Positions 37,412 to 46,178 of a stretch of 64,000 nucleotides of DNA are shown here, piece by piece. Below the pieces are notes generated by a model. It was not told where the DNA came from, did no database searches, and was given only the letters and a program-made list of their open reading frames with translations. The number at the start of each line of letters is the position of its first letter. Positions within the stretch are counted from its first letter, which is position 1. A program made the translations under genes and the position numbers. The DNA comes from Patescibacteria group bacterium (lineage in GTDB: Bacteria > Patescibacteriota > Saccharimonadia > UBA4664 > SCTI01), in assembly GCA_004297735.1 (NCBI GenBank), contig SCTI01000002.1, positions 417,578 to 481,577 of the forward strand. Reading direction: 5' to 3'.

Positions 37412-37969
37412 ATGAAGAACGCTTTGATTTTACATGGTACCGATGCCGACCACACCAGCCACTGGTTTAGCTGGCTGGGGGAGCAGCTGGAGCAAGCGGG
37501 CTACAAGGCCTGGGTGCCAGATCTGCCGGGTGCAGATTATCCTTCGATTGAGCGCTATAATGATTTTTTGCTGAGCTCAGAGTTTGAGTTCAGTCAGGAG
37601 ACCATTATCGTTGGCCACTCTTCGGGTGCGGTTGAGGTGTTGGGGCTTTTAAATGATGAGCGGTTTAAGGCCGTAGTAAAGGCCTGTTTTATGGTCGGAG
37701 TCTTTGAAGGTGATCTGGGATGGGACAAGCTGGTTGGCATGAAAGCGGATTTTGATTATGAGGCCATTAAGTCTAAGTCAAAACGGTTTGTGGTGATCCA
37801 TTCCGATAACGACCCGCACTGTCCGCTTGAAGGGGCCAAACGAATTGCCGGCAAGCTGGAGGCTGAGTTTATTATGATTCCGGGCCAGGGCCACTTTTCA
37901 GCTAAAGATAACGCGGAGTATGTTAAGTTCCCTAAACTACTTAAGATCGTTGAAGAAACAGTCCTATAG
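37412..37969 (+). CDS. Alpha/beta-fold serine hydrolase (RBBP9/YdeN family)
   Basis: MKNALILHGTDADHTSHWFSWL...VGHSSGAV...VIHSDNDPHCP. Confidence 0.65.
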   Translation: MKNALILHGTDADHTSHWFSWLGEQLEQAGYKAWVPDLPGADYPSIERYNDFLLSSEFEFSQETIIVGHSSGAVEVLGLLNDERFKAVVKACFMVGVFEGDLGWDKLVGMKADFDYEAIKSKSKRFVVIHSDNDPHCPLEGAKRIAGKLEAEFIMIPGQGHFSAKDNAEYVKFPKLLKIVEETVL

Positions 37970-37973
37970 AGGT

Positions 37974-38267
37974 TTAGTGACGAACTATTCGAATAAGTCT
38001 GAAGACGAGATATATTGCGCCTGTAATAACCACGAGGTCAAATAGGCTAATTATTAGGTTAATAGCCGAGATGATAACAGCGCTTTTAACCACTGGCTCA
38101 GCTAAATTGGTGTAGGCAATAAGTGGTAACGGAAGACCGCCGATATAGTTGGCGGTAGCAAGCCAAGAACTGGTGGCTTCGGGATGATAAAGAATAACCG
38201 ATAATAAAAATACCCCAACCCCAAAAGTAAACGCGCGCTTAAAATTCATTACTTTGTGATGTCTCAA
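37974..38267 (-). CDS. Small hypothetical membrane protein
   Basis: 97 aa, three hydrophobic helices. Confidence 0.4.
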   Translation of the reverse strand: MRHHKVMNFKRAFTFGVGVFLLSVILYHPEATSSWLATANYIGGLPLPLIAYTNLAEPVVKSAVIISAINLIISLFDLVVITGAIYLVFRLIRIVRH

Positions 38268-39063
38268 TATTTAAAGTATGTTGCCCTTCGCCGCCGTGAG
38301 TATGTGGCATGAATACACTGATTAAAACAATAGTGCCGATTCCAACTAAAAAGGGCAGAGTCAACTTGCCGCCACTGTGGCGTCGGTGCTGCAAGTCGGG
38401 AATAATATCGGCGGCGGCAATGTACAAAAACATACCGGCGGCCAGACCAAGTAAGAGGCCTTGAGTTGGCTCGGTAATCTCCCCCACTAGGATAACCATC
38501 ACAGCTCCTAATACAGCGGTAAGCCCAGATAGCCCATTTAAGACTAGAGCCCGCATCTTGCTCATGCCAGCCTTAGTGAGGATGGCGTAATCGGCCACTT
38601 CTTGGGGAATTTCGTGAGCGGCAATTGCCAGAGTGGCGGCAAAACCCAGGGCTGGATCGGCCAAAAAGGCAATCGCAATGGCAATACCATCAACCAAGTT
38701 GTGTAGTCCGTCGCCAACCACAACCAGCCACCCGGCCGGCCGCACGTGGTCTTTGTGAGGGTGACCTGACCCGTCATCGGTTTGAGGGTGGTGGTGCAGA
38801 CGGCTAAACAGACGGTCTAGGTAAAAGAAGGTTACAAATCCAAATAAAGCGGCGTAGAGGGGTGCCGGACTACCTGGATTAGCCTCGATCGCTTCTGGTA
38901 CAAATTGCAGAATGGAACTGGTTAATAAAACTCCGCCGGCAAAGCTCAAAAAGTACAGCTCATGCTGCCTGACCCAGCGTTGCGGAATGGCTACAATTAC
39001 CAAAACCGCAATTAGGCTAACGGCGGTAGTGGCAAGTAGGGCGTAAAGGGCGTTAATGTCCAT
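38239..39063 (-). CDS. ZIP-family divalent metal transporter (ZupT-like)
   Basis: HEIPQEVADYAIL, GLAAGMFLYIAAADIIP, His-rich loop HHHPQTDDGSGHPHKDH. Confidence 0.8.
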   Translation of the reverse strand: MDINALYALLATTAVSLIAVLVIVAIPQRWVRQHELYFLSFAGGVLLTSSILQFVPEAIEANPGSPAPLYAALFGFVTFFYLDRLFSRLHHHPQTDDGSGHPHKDHVRPAGWLVVVGDGLHNLVDGIAIAIAFLADPALGFAATLAIAAHEIPQEVADYAILTKAGMSKMRALVLNGLSGLTAVLGAVMVILVGEITEPTQGLLLGLAAGMFLYIAAADIIPDLQHRRHSGGKLTLPFLVGIGTIVLISVFMPHTHGGEGQHTLNIETSQSNEF

Positions 39064-39087
39064 GATGAAACTATAATATCATGGCTA

Positions 39088-39753
39088 TCAGATACGGTGG
39101 TGTTTCCCTAGCTTGAAGGACAGGTCTAGAATCTTCTGCGCAGTTAAATTTTGGGCCGATACCGGTTGGCCAATTACCACGCTGCACTGGCGAATCCAGC
39201 CACGTTTATGCCATAAAACGCTAGCTGGCAGGATATCGCAGTCAACATTTTGGGCTAGTACTGCAACTCCAGATCTGGCCGGCCTGCCCCGCCACGGCGA
39301 TCGCTTGCCTTCTGGAAAAATAAAAATGGTTTGGCTTTTTAATAGCAATTGTTCGGCAACTCGTAAGCCGTAAGGCAGGCGTTTGTGCTGAAAGGCTGGA
39401 AAGCTACCGCACAGTAACAAAATAATATTGAGTGGAAAAAAGAAAAGGTCGTTAGCGGTAAAAAAACGATACGGCATTAGCTTAAAGTAGGCTCGCCAGG
39501 GCAAGCTGCTTAAGACCAAGAAGTGGTCCATACGACACTGGTGGTTGGACGATATGATTAAGGGGCGGTCACGATTAATATGGGTTGGTTGCCAGAGCGA
39601 TTGGGACTTGCGGACAAACAGAGGCGCGACCATGCGAGTTGGTAGCCAAAGAATGGACTGGGTGATAACCACCATAGCAACAAACCACCGGCTCTCAAGC
39701 AGTGATTCAGGGGCGGGGTCGGTAATGGTGTTTGATTTGCTACGGTTCATCAA
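39088..39753 (-). CDS. PlsC-family lysophospholipid acyltransferase (OlsA-like candidate)
   Basis: SNHQCRMDHF (HX4D motif) and IFPEGKRS (FPEGT-type motif). Confidence 0.65.
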   Translation of the reverse strand: MMNRSKSNTITDPAPESLLESRWFVAMVVITQSILWLPTRMVAPLFVRKSQSLWQPTHINRDRPLIISSNHQCRMDHFLVLSSLPWRAYFKLMPYRFFTANDLFFFPLNIILLLCGSFPAFQHKRLPYGLRVAEQLLLKSQTIFIFPEGKRSPWRGRPARSGVAVLAQNVDCDILPASVLWHKRGWIRQCSVVIGQPVSAQNLTAQKILDLSFKLGKHHRI

Positions 39754-39762
39754 GCTGTTATT

Positions 39763-40542
39763 ATGATCATAGATTTAGAAGCAAAACGCAAACCTCTTAT
39801 GAAGCGACTTTTCTACAGCCGACTGCATCGCCATATCCTGGGTAAGCCCGAGCAGCGTTTGCGATCCTACATTACCGATCACCCTGGCCATCTAGATGCC
39901 GCCCAGCGACTTCATGCCGAGGTTTATTTGGCGAAGGGCTACATTTATGAACAAGATGTTAATGGCGACGGAAAAATAAATGATATAGCTGATCCACATA
40001 AAGACGGTTCAACCTATTTTGTGACCACACGCATAAACGAAGGTGGCAAAGAGGAGGTGGTAGCTTCTGCTCGTCATATTCGTAGTCATAAAAAAGGTGG
40101 TAGTGACCTTCCCCTGCTTCAACAAGCTAGTATTGAGCAAAAATATCGCCAAGAAATTCAGGGTTATCTGCCGTCACAATGTGTAGAGGTGTCGGCCTTG
40201 GTTAAGAGGCGGGGCTTTGGCATGGTGGCTAGCTTACTGCTTTATCGCGAAATGTGGCGACATAGCCGCGATCGAGGGGATAAGCTATGGCTGATGGCTT
40301 GTAGTCCGGCCTTACTAAAGCGACTGCAGCAGCTGTTTGGCTCAACTCTAATCCAGATTGGACCACCCACGCCGTATACCGGTGAAGAAATCATTCCGGT
40401 TATGCTTAAAGTAGAGGAGGGGGAGGCGCGGTTGCGGCGCGAGGCCCGCCGCAGTTGGCATCCGGGGCGACGATTTTTGTATCGCGAGCTACTAGCCTTC
40501 TTTACCGCTGACGATCATTTTTTGCTGAGGCAGTATGACTGA
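39763..40542 (+). CDS. GNAT-fold N-acyl amino acid synthase / LuxI-FeeM-OlsB-like N-acyltransferase (tentative)
   Basis: About 250 aa. CVEVSALVKRRGFGMVASLLLYREMWRHSRDRGDKLWLMACSPALLKRLQQLFG resembles the Acetyltransf_5/autoinducer-synthase core. Divergently adjacent to the PlsC-family gene. Confidence 0.4.
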   Translation: MIIDLEAKRKPLMKRLFYSRLHRHILGKPEQRLRSYITDHPGHLDAAQRLHAEVYLAKGYIYEQDVNGDGKINDIADPHKDGSTYFVTTRINEGGKEEVVASARHIRSHKKGGSDLPLLQQASIEQKYRQEIQGYLPSQCVEVSALVKRRGFGMVASLLLYREMWRHSRDRGDKLWLMACSPALLKRLQQLFGSTLIQIGPPTPYTGEEIIPVMLKVEEGEARLRREARRSWHPGRRFLYRELLAFFTADDHFLLRQYD

Positions 40543-41506
40543 TTGGATGATTGCTTTAGGATTTGCGGTGGCATGGGTTGTTACCTTTAAGCCGGCTTGG
40601 AGGTTGCTAATTCGCTTGGTGGTAGCGGCAAGCCAGCCAGACTTCCGCTTAACCAATGGTCGATTTTGGCTTGATTTTGCACTCTACCGGCTGATTATTT
40701 TTGTTCCTTACGTCATACCGCTAGTATTTGCTAGTAGGCTACCAAATTTATTGGTTCAACTAATATGGGCCTGGATCGGTTTGAGCATTATCGTATCGTT
40801 TGGTCGAATCGTTGGGGTCAAACAACTGGTTTCAGGATTGTGGCAGGTATACGGTTTGGTTTACGACGGTTTACTCAACCTCTATCCTTATCGGCATTTG
40901 CTTGAGCTGACGCGAGACCGGTTAGAACTGAGTAGTGCCAACAGGCTTTTAGATGTTGGTTGCGGTACCGGTAATTTATTGCAGTTGGTCGAGCCGACCG
41001 AGGGTGCAGAATTGGTTGGGGTGGATAGTTCGAGCGTGATGCTGTCGCGAGCTCGGCGCAAGCTGGGCGGAAGAGCCGAGCTGGTTAATAGTGAGCTGAT
41101 TGAGTTTTTAGGTTTACAGCCCGACGCATCATATGATCGAGTGGCTCTAGTAAATGTGGCCTACGCGGTACCGAATCGTGAAGAGTTGTGGCGGCAGTGC
41201 TTGCGGGTGGTTAAGCCAACCGGTCGGATTGTCATGACCACCTCGATCGCGCCGGGTAGTAAGGTGATTGTGCAGGAGCATCTACGCCATGACCGTTGGT
41301 GGCGCCTGCTCCACCCCAAGTTATTAATGGTCGGGCTGGTCGACTTACTAATAAGTGAGCTGTCTCGTTCGGCGGTGTTTGAGTTCCCACCCCAAAAGCA
41401 GTTGATAGGCGAGATTCAACGCGCGGGTGGCCGCTGCAGCCAGATTGAACGCTGCTACGGCGGCCGAGAACAAGGCGTCAACATCATCTGCACCATTACC
41501 CGCTAG
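40535..41506 (+). CDS. Membrane-anchored class I SAM-dependent methyltransferase
   Basis: Three N-terminal TM helices, then LLDVGCGTGNLLQLV (motif I). Its start overlaps the previous gene by 8 nt. Confidence 0.7.
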   Translation: MTDWMIALGFAVAWVVTFKPAWRLLIRLVVAASQPDFRLTNGRFWLDFALYRLIIFVPYVIPLVFASRLPNLLVQLIWAWIGLSIIVSFGRIVGVKQLVSGLWQVYGLVYDGLLNLYPYRHLLELTRDRLELSSANRLLDVGCGTGNLLQLVEPTEGAELVGVDSSSVMLSRARRKLGGRAELVNSELIEFLGLQPDASYDRVALVNVAYAVPNREELWRQCLRVVKPTGRIVMTTSIAPGSKVIVQEHLRHDRWWRLLHPKLLMVGLVDLLISELSRSAVFEFPPQKQLIGEIQRAGGRCSQIERCYGGREQGVNIICTITR

Positions 41507-41533
41507 ACACCTGAAATATGCTAATATGAGCAT

Positions 41534-43666
41534 GTGCTAAGCATAAGCTCAATATTGACGGTATTGGTGGTGCTGTCGCTGGTGGTACTGGGCGTTTTTA
41601 CGGTTCAAACCAACCCTCGTCAGCGGGCCAATCAGTATTTTGGCCTAGTCTGTTGTTTTATCACCATTTGGGTGTCTGTAAATTACTTGGCCGACTCAGA
41701 CCCTTCTCGTGCTCTGCTATGGACCCGCCTGGCTTTTTGGTCGGCAGCTCTGGCAATGGGCAGTTTTGTGCTGTTCGCCAACGTGTTTCCTCGGCGCGTA
41801 TTCCGCGGCCGGTGGTTCATGGTGGCGGTGAGCGTGGTAACAATGGGCGCAGCGGTTATTACTTTGTTGCCGGACTTTGTACCCGAAGCGGTGTATGACG
41901 GCACCACGTCTAACGTTATTACCGGGCCACTGTACCCACTATTTATTTGGTACTTTATTGGCTCAATGCTCCTGGCCTTTGCGCTATTGATTAGAGCAGA
42001 GCGCCGCGAACGAGGAGCGGCTCGCGAAAGAGTGCGGTTTGTGTTTGCCGGGGTCTTATTGATGGTGGCAGCCACCTCACTGACCAATCTGTTTTTACCG
42101 TTAATAATTGGATCCAACCCCTGGGCCCGCTATGGCTCATTCTTTACCGTGGCCTTTGTGGCCTTTACCTCATATGCCATAGTTAAGCACCGATTGTTTA
42201 ACGTGCGAGCGGTGGTGGCGCGGTCGGTAGCATACACCTTGCTGATCTTTACTCTCGCTGGTGGTTACAGTCTAGCGGTGTTTGGGGTGTCAATTTACCT
42301 GTTTCCAGAAAACCAAAATAGCTTAGAACAAAATCTTACCTATATTGTGCTGGCGGTGTTACTGGCGGTGACCTTCCAGCCGCTTAAGGCCTTTTTTGAA
42401 CGTGTCACCGACCGCTTTTTGTTCCGTGATCACTACGACAGTCAGGAGCTAATCAACCACCTTGGCAACGTTATGGTGGGTGAGCTTGAGCTGGAGCGGC
42501 TGATGTCTAAGTCACTCAAAATCCTGGGCGAGCACCTTAAGGTGGCGCACGCTCATTTGTACGTCTTTGACGACAACCGAATCTACCGGGTGGCGCACTA
42601 CGGTAGTATCCCTCAGCGACTACCAACCGCTGCCAGGTTGCAGCTGCTACGCCATCGCTTGGCGGTAGCCGACGAGCTGGAGCGAGGTAAAGAAAAGGAG
42701 ATTTTAGAAACCTTTAATATGCGCGTGTCGCTGCACTTAAGAACCAAAGGCGAGTTCGTTGGGTACCTGCTGCTGGGCGACAAACTTAATGGCGACATTT
42801 ACATTCAACAAGACATCCAGGTGCTTGAGATTATTGGGCAGGAGCTGGCGGTAGCCATAACCAACGCCAAGGCCTACGACGAGATTGCTCACTTTAACGC
42901 CACCTTGCAGCAAAAAGTCGATAGCGCTACCGCTCAGCTGCGTTCGGCCAACGCCCGCCTCAAAGAGCTGGACTCGGCTAAGGACGAGTTTATCTCGATG
43001 GCCTCACACCAGCTGCGCACGCCACTTACCACCATTAAGGGGTATCTGTCGATGGTGGTTGAAGGCGATGCCGGCAAGCTTAGCCGACAGCAAAAGGAGT
43101 TTTTGGGGTACGCCTATGACAGCTCTCAGCAGATGTCGAGCTTAATTGCCGATCTGCTTAATGTATCAAGAATGTCGGCCGGCAAGTTCTTTATTGAAAA
43201 AACCGCTACCAATCTAGTTAAACTGGTTGAAGAAGAGGTGAGGCAGCTGCAGTCGCAAGCTAAGACCAAGGGTCTTGAGTTGATCTTTGAACGGCCAAAG
43301 GGTGACATGCCGACGATGCAGCTAGACGATAGTAAGACTCGCCAGGTGGTAATGAACTTTATTGATAATGCTATTCATTACACCAAGGCTGGGTCGGTTC
43401 GGGTGGTCTTGGAGCGGCATAAAAACCAGGTTAAGCTGACGGTGGTCGATACCGGTATTGGGGTGCCGGCAGCGGCTCGGCCAAAGCTGTTTTCTAAGTT
43501 TTATCGTGCTCAAAATGCTCAGAATGTCCGACCAGATGGTACCGGCCTGGGTTTGTTCCTGGCCAAACGGGTAGTTGAGGACCAGGGTGGTACAATAATA
43601 TTTGAGAGTACCGAGGGTAAGGGTAGTACCTTTGGGTTCACGTTACCAATTTCAGAATCTAAGTGA
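41534..43666 (+). CDS. Sensor histidine kinase with large polytopic N-terminal membrane domain
   Basis: About 7 TM helices, GAF-like middle region, H-box SMASHQLRTPLTTIKGY, ATP-lid GTGLGLFLAKRVVEDQGGTI. Confidence 0.85.
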   Translation: MLSISSILTVLVVLSLVVLGVFTVQTNPRQRANQYFGLVCCFITIWVSVNYLADSDPSRALLWTRLAFWSAALAMGSFVLFANVFPRRVFRGRWFMVAVSVVTMGAAVITLLPDFVPEAVYDGTTSNVITGPLYPLFIWYFIGSMLLAFALLIRAERRERGAARERVRFVFAGVLLMVAATSLTNLFLPLIIGSNPWARYGSFFTVAFVAFTSYAIVKHRLFNVRAVVARSVAYTLLIFTLAGGYSLAVFGVSIYLFPENQNSLEQNLTYIVLAVLLAVTFQPLKAFFERVTDRFLFRDHYDSQELINHLGNVMVGELELERLMSKSLKILGEHLKVAHAHLYVFDDNRIYRVAHYGSIPQRLPTAARLQLLRHRLAVADELERGKEKEILETFNMRVSLHLRTKGEFVGYLLLGDKLNGDIYIQQDIQVLEIIGQELAVAITNAKAYDEIAHFNATLQQKVDSATAQLRSANARLKELDSAKDEFISMASHQLRTPLTTIKGYLSMVVEGDAGKLSRQQKEFLGYAYDSSQQMSSLIADLLNVSRMSAGKFFIEKTATNLVKLVEEEVRQLQSQAKTKGLELIFERPKGDMPTMQLDDSKTRQVVMNFIDNAIHYTKAGSVRVVLERHKNQVKLTVVDTGIGVPAAARPKLFSKFYRAQNAQNVRPDGTGLGLFLAKRVVEDQGGTIIFESTEGKGSTFGFTLPISESK

Positions 43667-44103
43667 GGCTAAATATGACTAGAATGAGCAATCCCCAGGA
43701 TAGCCAAGCGCTACCACAGCAAGCCGAACAAAACGGCAAACGCATTTTAATCGTTGAAGATGATCCGTTTATCTCGCGCATGTATACGGCCAAGTTGCAA
43801 ACGGCCGGATTTGTAATTGAACTTTCGAGTAATGGCCGAGATGCTTACGAAAAGCTTAAATCGCAGGAATATGACCTGTTGCTAATGGACATTAACATAC
43901 CGGAGCTAACCGGTTTTGAGGTACTAAAGGCGCTAAAAAATGACGGTCGATCCGACATTGCTAAAAAGGCTATCGTGCTCACAAACTCAGCCAACCCCGA
44001 GGATCATGGCTTGGCAGATCAGCTCGGGGTTGAGTATATGGTCAAGTCTGAGCTGACGCCGCACCAGGTGCTGGAGCGGATCAACCAGAAACTTGGCTTA
44101 TAG
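43663..44103 (+). CDS. Stand-alone receiver-domain response regulator (CheY-like)
   Basis: KRILIVEDDPFI...DLLLMDINIPELTGFEVLKALK...AIVLTN. Overlaps the kinase stop by 4 nt. Confidence 0.85.
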   Translation: MRLNMTRMSNPQDSQALPQQAEQNGKRILIVEDDPFISRMYTAKLQTAGFVIELSSNGRDAYEKLKSQEYDLLLMDINIPELTGFEVLKALKNDGRSDIAKKAIVLTNSANPEDHGLADQLGVEYMVKSELTPHQVLERINQKLGL

Positions 44104-44589
44104 CTGAGTTGTCGGAGGGGTTTGTGGAGGAGTCGGCTGAGTTGGGGCGGCTGGCTGAGCTGGTGTTGCCTGTGCGGCTACCGGACCAACGTATTGGGAC
44201 TTACCGAAGCCGATAATAAGGTATCCGATTGGTGAAAACAGGAAGTTACCCAAGATGCCAAACAAAGCATCTTTACCAAAGGCCTTGGCGGTATCAAGCG
44301 CGATCACTACGGCAATGACGATGTTAACAAACGGGATGAAGAACAGTAGTAGCCACCAGCCCGGGCGACCAATTATCTGCAGCATTACGTAGACGTTATA
44401 AATCGGAACGATTGATGCCCAGCCCGGTTTTCCGGCCTTGGTAAACATCTTCCACATTGCCACAATTGCAACAACGGTAATTGCTACTGCAAAGATAGTC
44501 CAAAACATTAGCATGGCGGTAACAGCGCCGTCTACTTGCGGAGTAGCGGTTGCGTAGCTACTGGTGTCATAGGTAGTAGTTGATTCCAT
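44098..44589 (-). CDS. Hypothetical membrane protein with Pro/Thr/Gln-rich C-terminus
   Basis: Three hydrophobic helices. The motif SIVPIYNVYVMLQIIGRPGWW recurs in a widespread small-membrane-protein family. Confidence 0.45.
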   Translation of the reverse strand: MESTTTYDTSSYATATPQVDGAVTAMLMFWTIFAVAITVVAIVAMWKMFTKAGKPGWASIVPIYNVYVMLQIIGRPGWWLLLFFIPFVNIVIAVVIALDTAKAFGKDALFGILGNFLFSPIGYLIIGFGKSQYVGPVAAQATPAQPAAPTQPTPPQTPPTTQL

Positions 44590-44788
44590 TGGGTATTCCT
44601 AACTTTTAGTAATCTAAAATAAGCATAACCATAATATGGGGTTATGGCAAGTTTAACCAAGATTTTGACTTGTATTAATTTATCAACTAGGTTATCTTTT
44701 TATGGATGAAAAACTATCCGCCCAAGCGAATAGACCAAGCCGCCTAGGGGCGGCTTTTTTCTTGCCCATTCACAACCGAGAGGACAAA

Positions 44789-45280
44789 ATGAGGTCAAAC
44801 CTGGTGCGCTGGGATTTTGAAGTAAGCGTCGATATTCAGGCAAAGGCGGTTAATCGAGCGAGTATTCAGTACACCCTGTTGGTGCGCTGCCCGCTCTGCT
44901 CAAGCTTGCATCAGCAGCTTAGTCCGGTCTTTTCCGCCCTTAATCGGGCCAACTACCGGCATGTTGATGAGCGAATGAAGTATCGCATGGTCATTAAGGA
45001 TGATGACGGCGACATCGTTGAGGTGATCGAATGGGTGACTCGCCAGAACATCGGTCACGAAACTCGTAACTTTATGACCGGTACCTGGAATTGCTCCGAT
45101 TGTGGCATCAACTTTGGTCTGACCGCGACCGAGCAGCGCCAGGTGCTCAAGGATGTAACCGATAAGGTTACGGTAGAGGCAATTGACGAAGAGATCATTC
45201 GTCTCGAAAAAGCCATATCGGGCGATCCGGCGACATCGAGAGGTCACAAAAAGCGCTACTGGTACCTCATGACAACTTAG
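44789..45280 (+). CDS. Hypothetical Zn-ribbon protein
   Basis: CPLCSS...CSDCG (four Cys). GAGAGGA RBS before the ATG at 44789. The ORF track starts the frame at 44702. Confidence 0.45.
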   Translation: MRSNLVRWDFEVSVDIQAKAVNRASIQYTLLVRCPLCSSLHQQLSPVFSALNRANYRHVDERMKYRMVIKDDDGDIVEVIEWVTRQNIGHETRNFMTGTWNCSDCGINFGLTATEQRQVLKDVTDKVTVEAIDEEIIRLEKAISGDPATSRGHKKRYWYLMTT

Positions 45281-45444
45281 TCCCCGTGGGGTCCCTACGG
45301 GGACTCCATCGATTAAACGGTTGTTTTTGGGGTTATCATGCTATAATCAAGCTGCAGAAAGATTCGTAGTTATGAGTTCGTGAGTTTGTATCGCAGTTCA
45401 GCCGCTACGCATAGGTCGAGCTGCGTGATAAAGAAGGAAAACTC

Positions 45445-45699
45445 ATGGCAAACAAGCTATACGTAGGTAACCTATCCTACAGCATGACCTCAGATGACCT
45501 ACGCGAGACCTTTTCGGCTCATGGTACGGTTCAGTCGGCCGACGTGATCAGCGATCGCGACTCCGGTCGGTCAAAGGGCTTTGGTTTTGTAGAGATGTCA
45601 TCGGACGAAGAGGCTGAGGCCGCCATCAAGGCGCTCAACGGTCAGGACGTTCAAGGCCGTCAGCTGACGGTTAGCATCGCTCGCCCAAAGGCTAACTAA
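45445..45699 (+). CDS. RRM-type RNA-binding protein (RbpA-like)
   Basis: KLYVGNLSY (RNP2) and KGFGFVEM (RNP1). 84 aa. Confidence 0.85.
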   Translation: MANKLYVGNLSYSMTSDDLRETFSAHGTVQSADVISDRDSGRSKGFGFVEMSSDEEAEAAIKALNGQDVQGRQLTVSIARPKAN

Positions 45700-45763
45700 A
45701 CCTCAACTGCTCCCTCGTGGAGCGTTGCAATTATAGATTTATATAGCTAAACCAAGTCATAAA

Positions 45764-46126
45764 ATGTTAACATGGCCCCAGTGTAGGCACCTATTCAGCT
45801 GTACCGGAGGAGATATGTTTCGTGAAGAGCAGCCGCGCCAAGTGATGCTGGCGCTGGCTGCGCAGCACGACAAAGGCAGCCAGGGTTGGGTTAGTAGCTC
45901 GATTCTTAGCCAGGAGGTCGGGATCCCACCCGGGGAGCTGCAGATCATCCTGTGGGTGATGTGGCGCAAGGGCAAACTGGAAGCCCGAATGCACCCAGAT
46001 GGCTCCTGTAGCTGCACCGATCGTCAGTACCGAATTTCCTCGGCCGAAGTGGATCGAGTTATTCGGGGGATTGAGCTTTCTGAAGCGCATCGGGTTGCAA
46101 AACCAGATCTGAAAGCTGCCGCCTGA
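45764..46126 (+). CDS. Hypothetical protein, possibly winged-helix; first gene of the GC-rich island
   Basis: The likely start is the internal ATG (MFREEQPRQ...). GC3-biased. Convergent with the tail-fibre operon. Confidence 0.35.
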   Translation: MLTWPQCRHLFSCTGGDMFREEQPRQVMLALAAQHDKGSQGWVSSSILSQEVGIPPGELQIILWVMWRKGKLEARMHPDGSCSCTDRQYRISSAEVDRVIRGIELSEAHRVAKPDLKAAA

Positions 46127-46178
46127 CCACTGGGTCTACGAGAGAGGTTTACGACTTCACTCGTGGGCCTCTTTCTTT

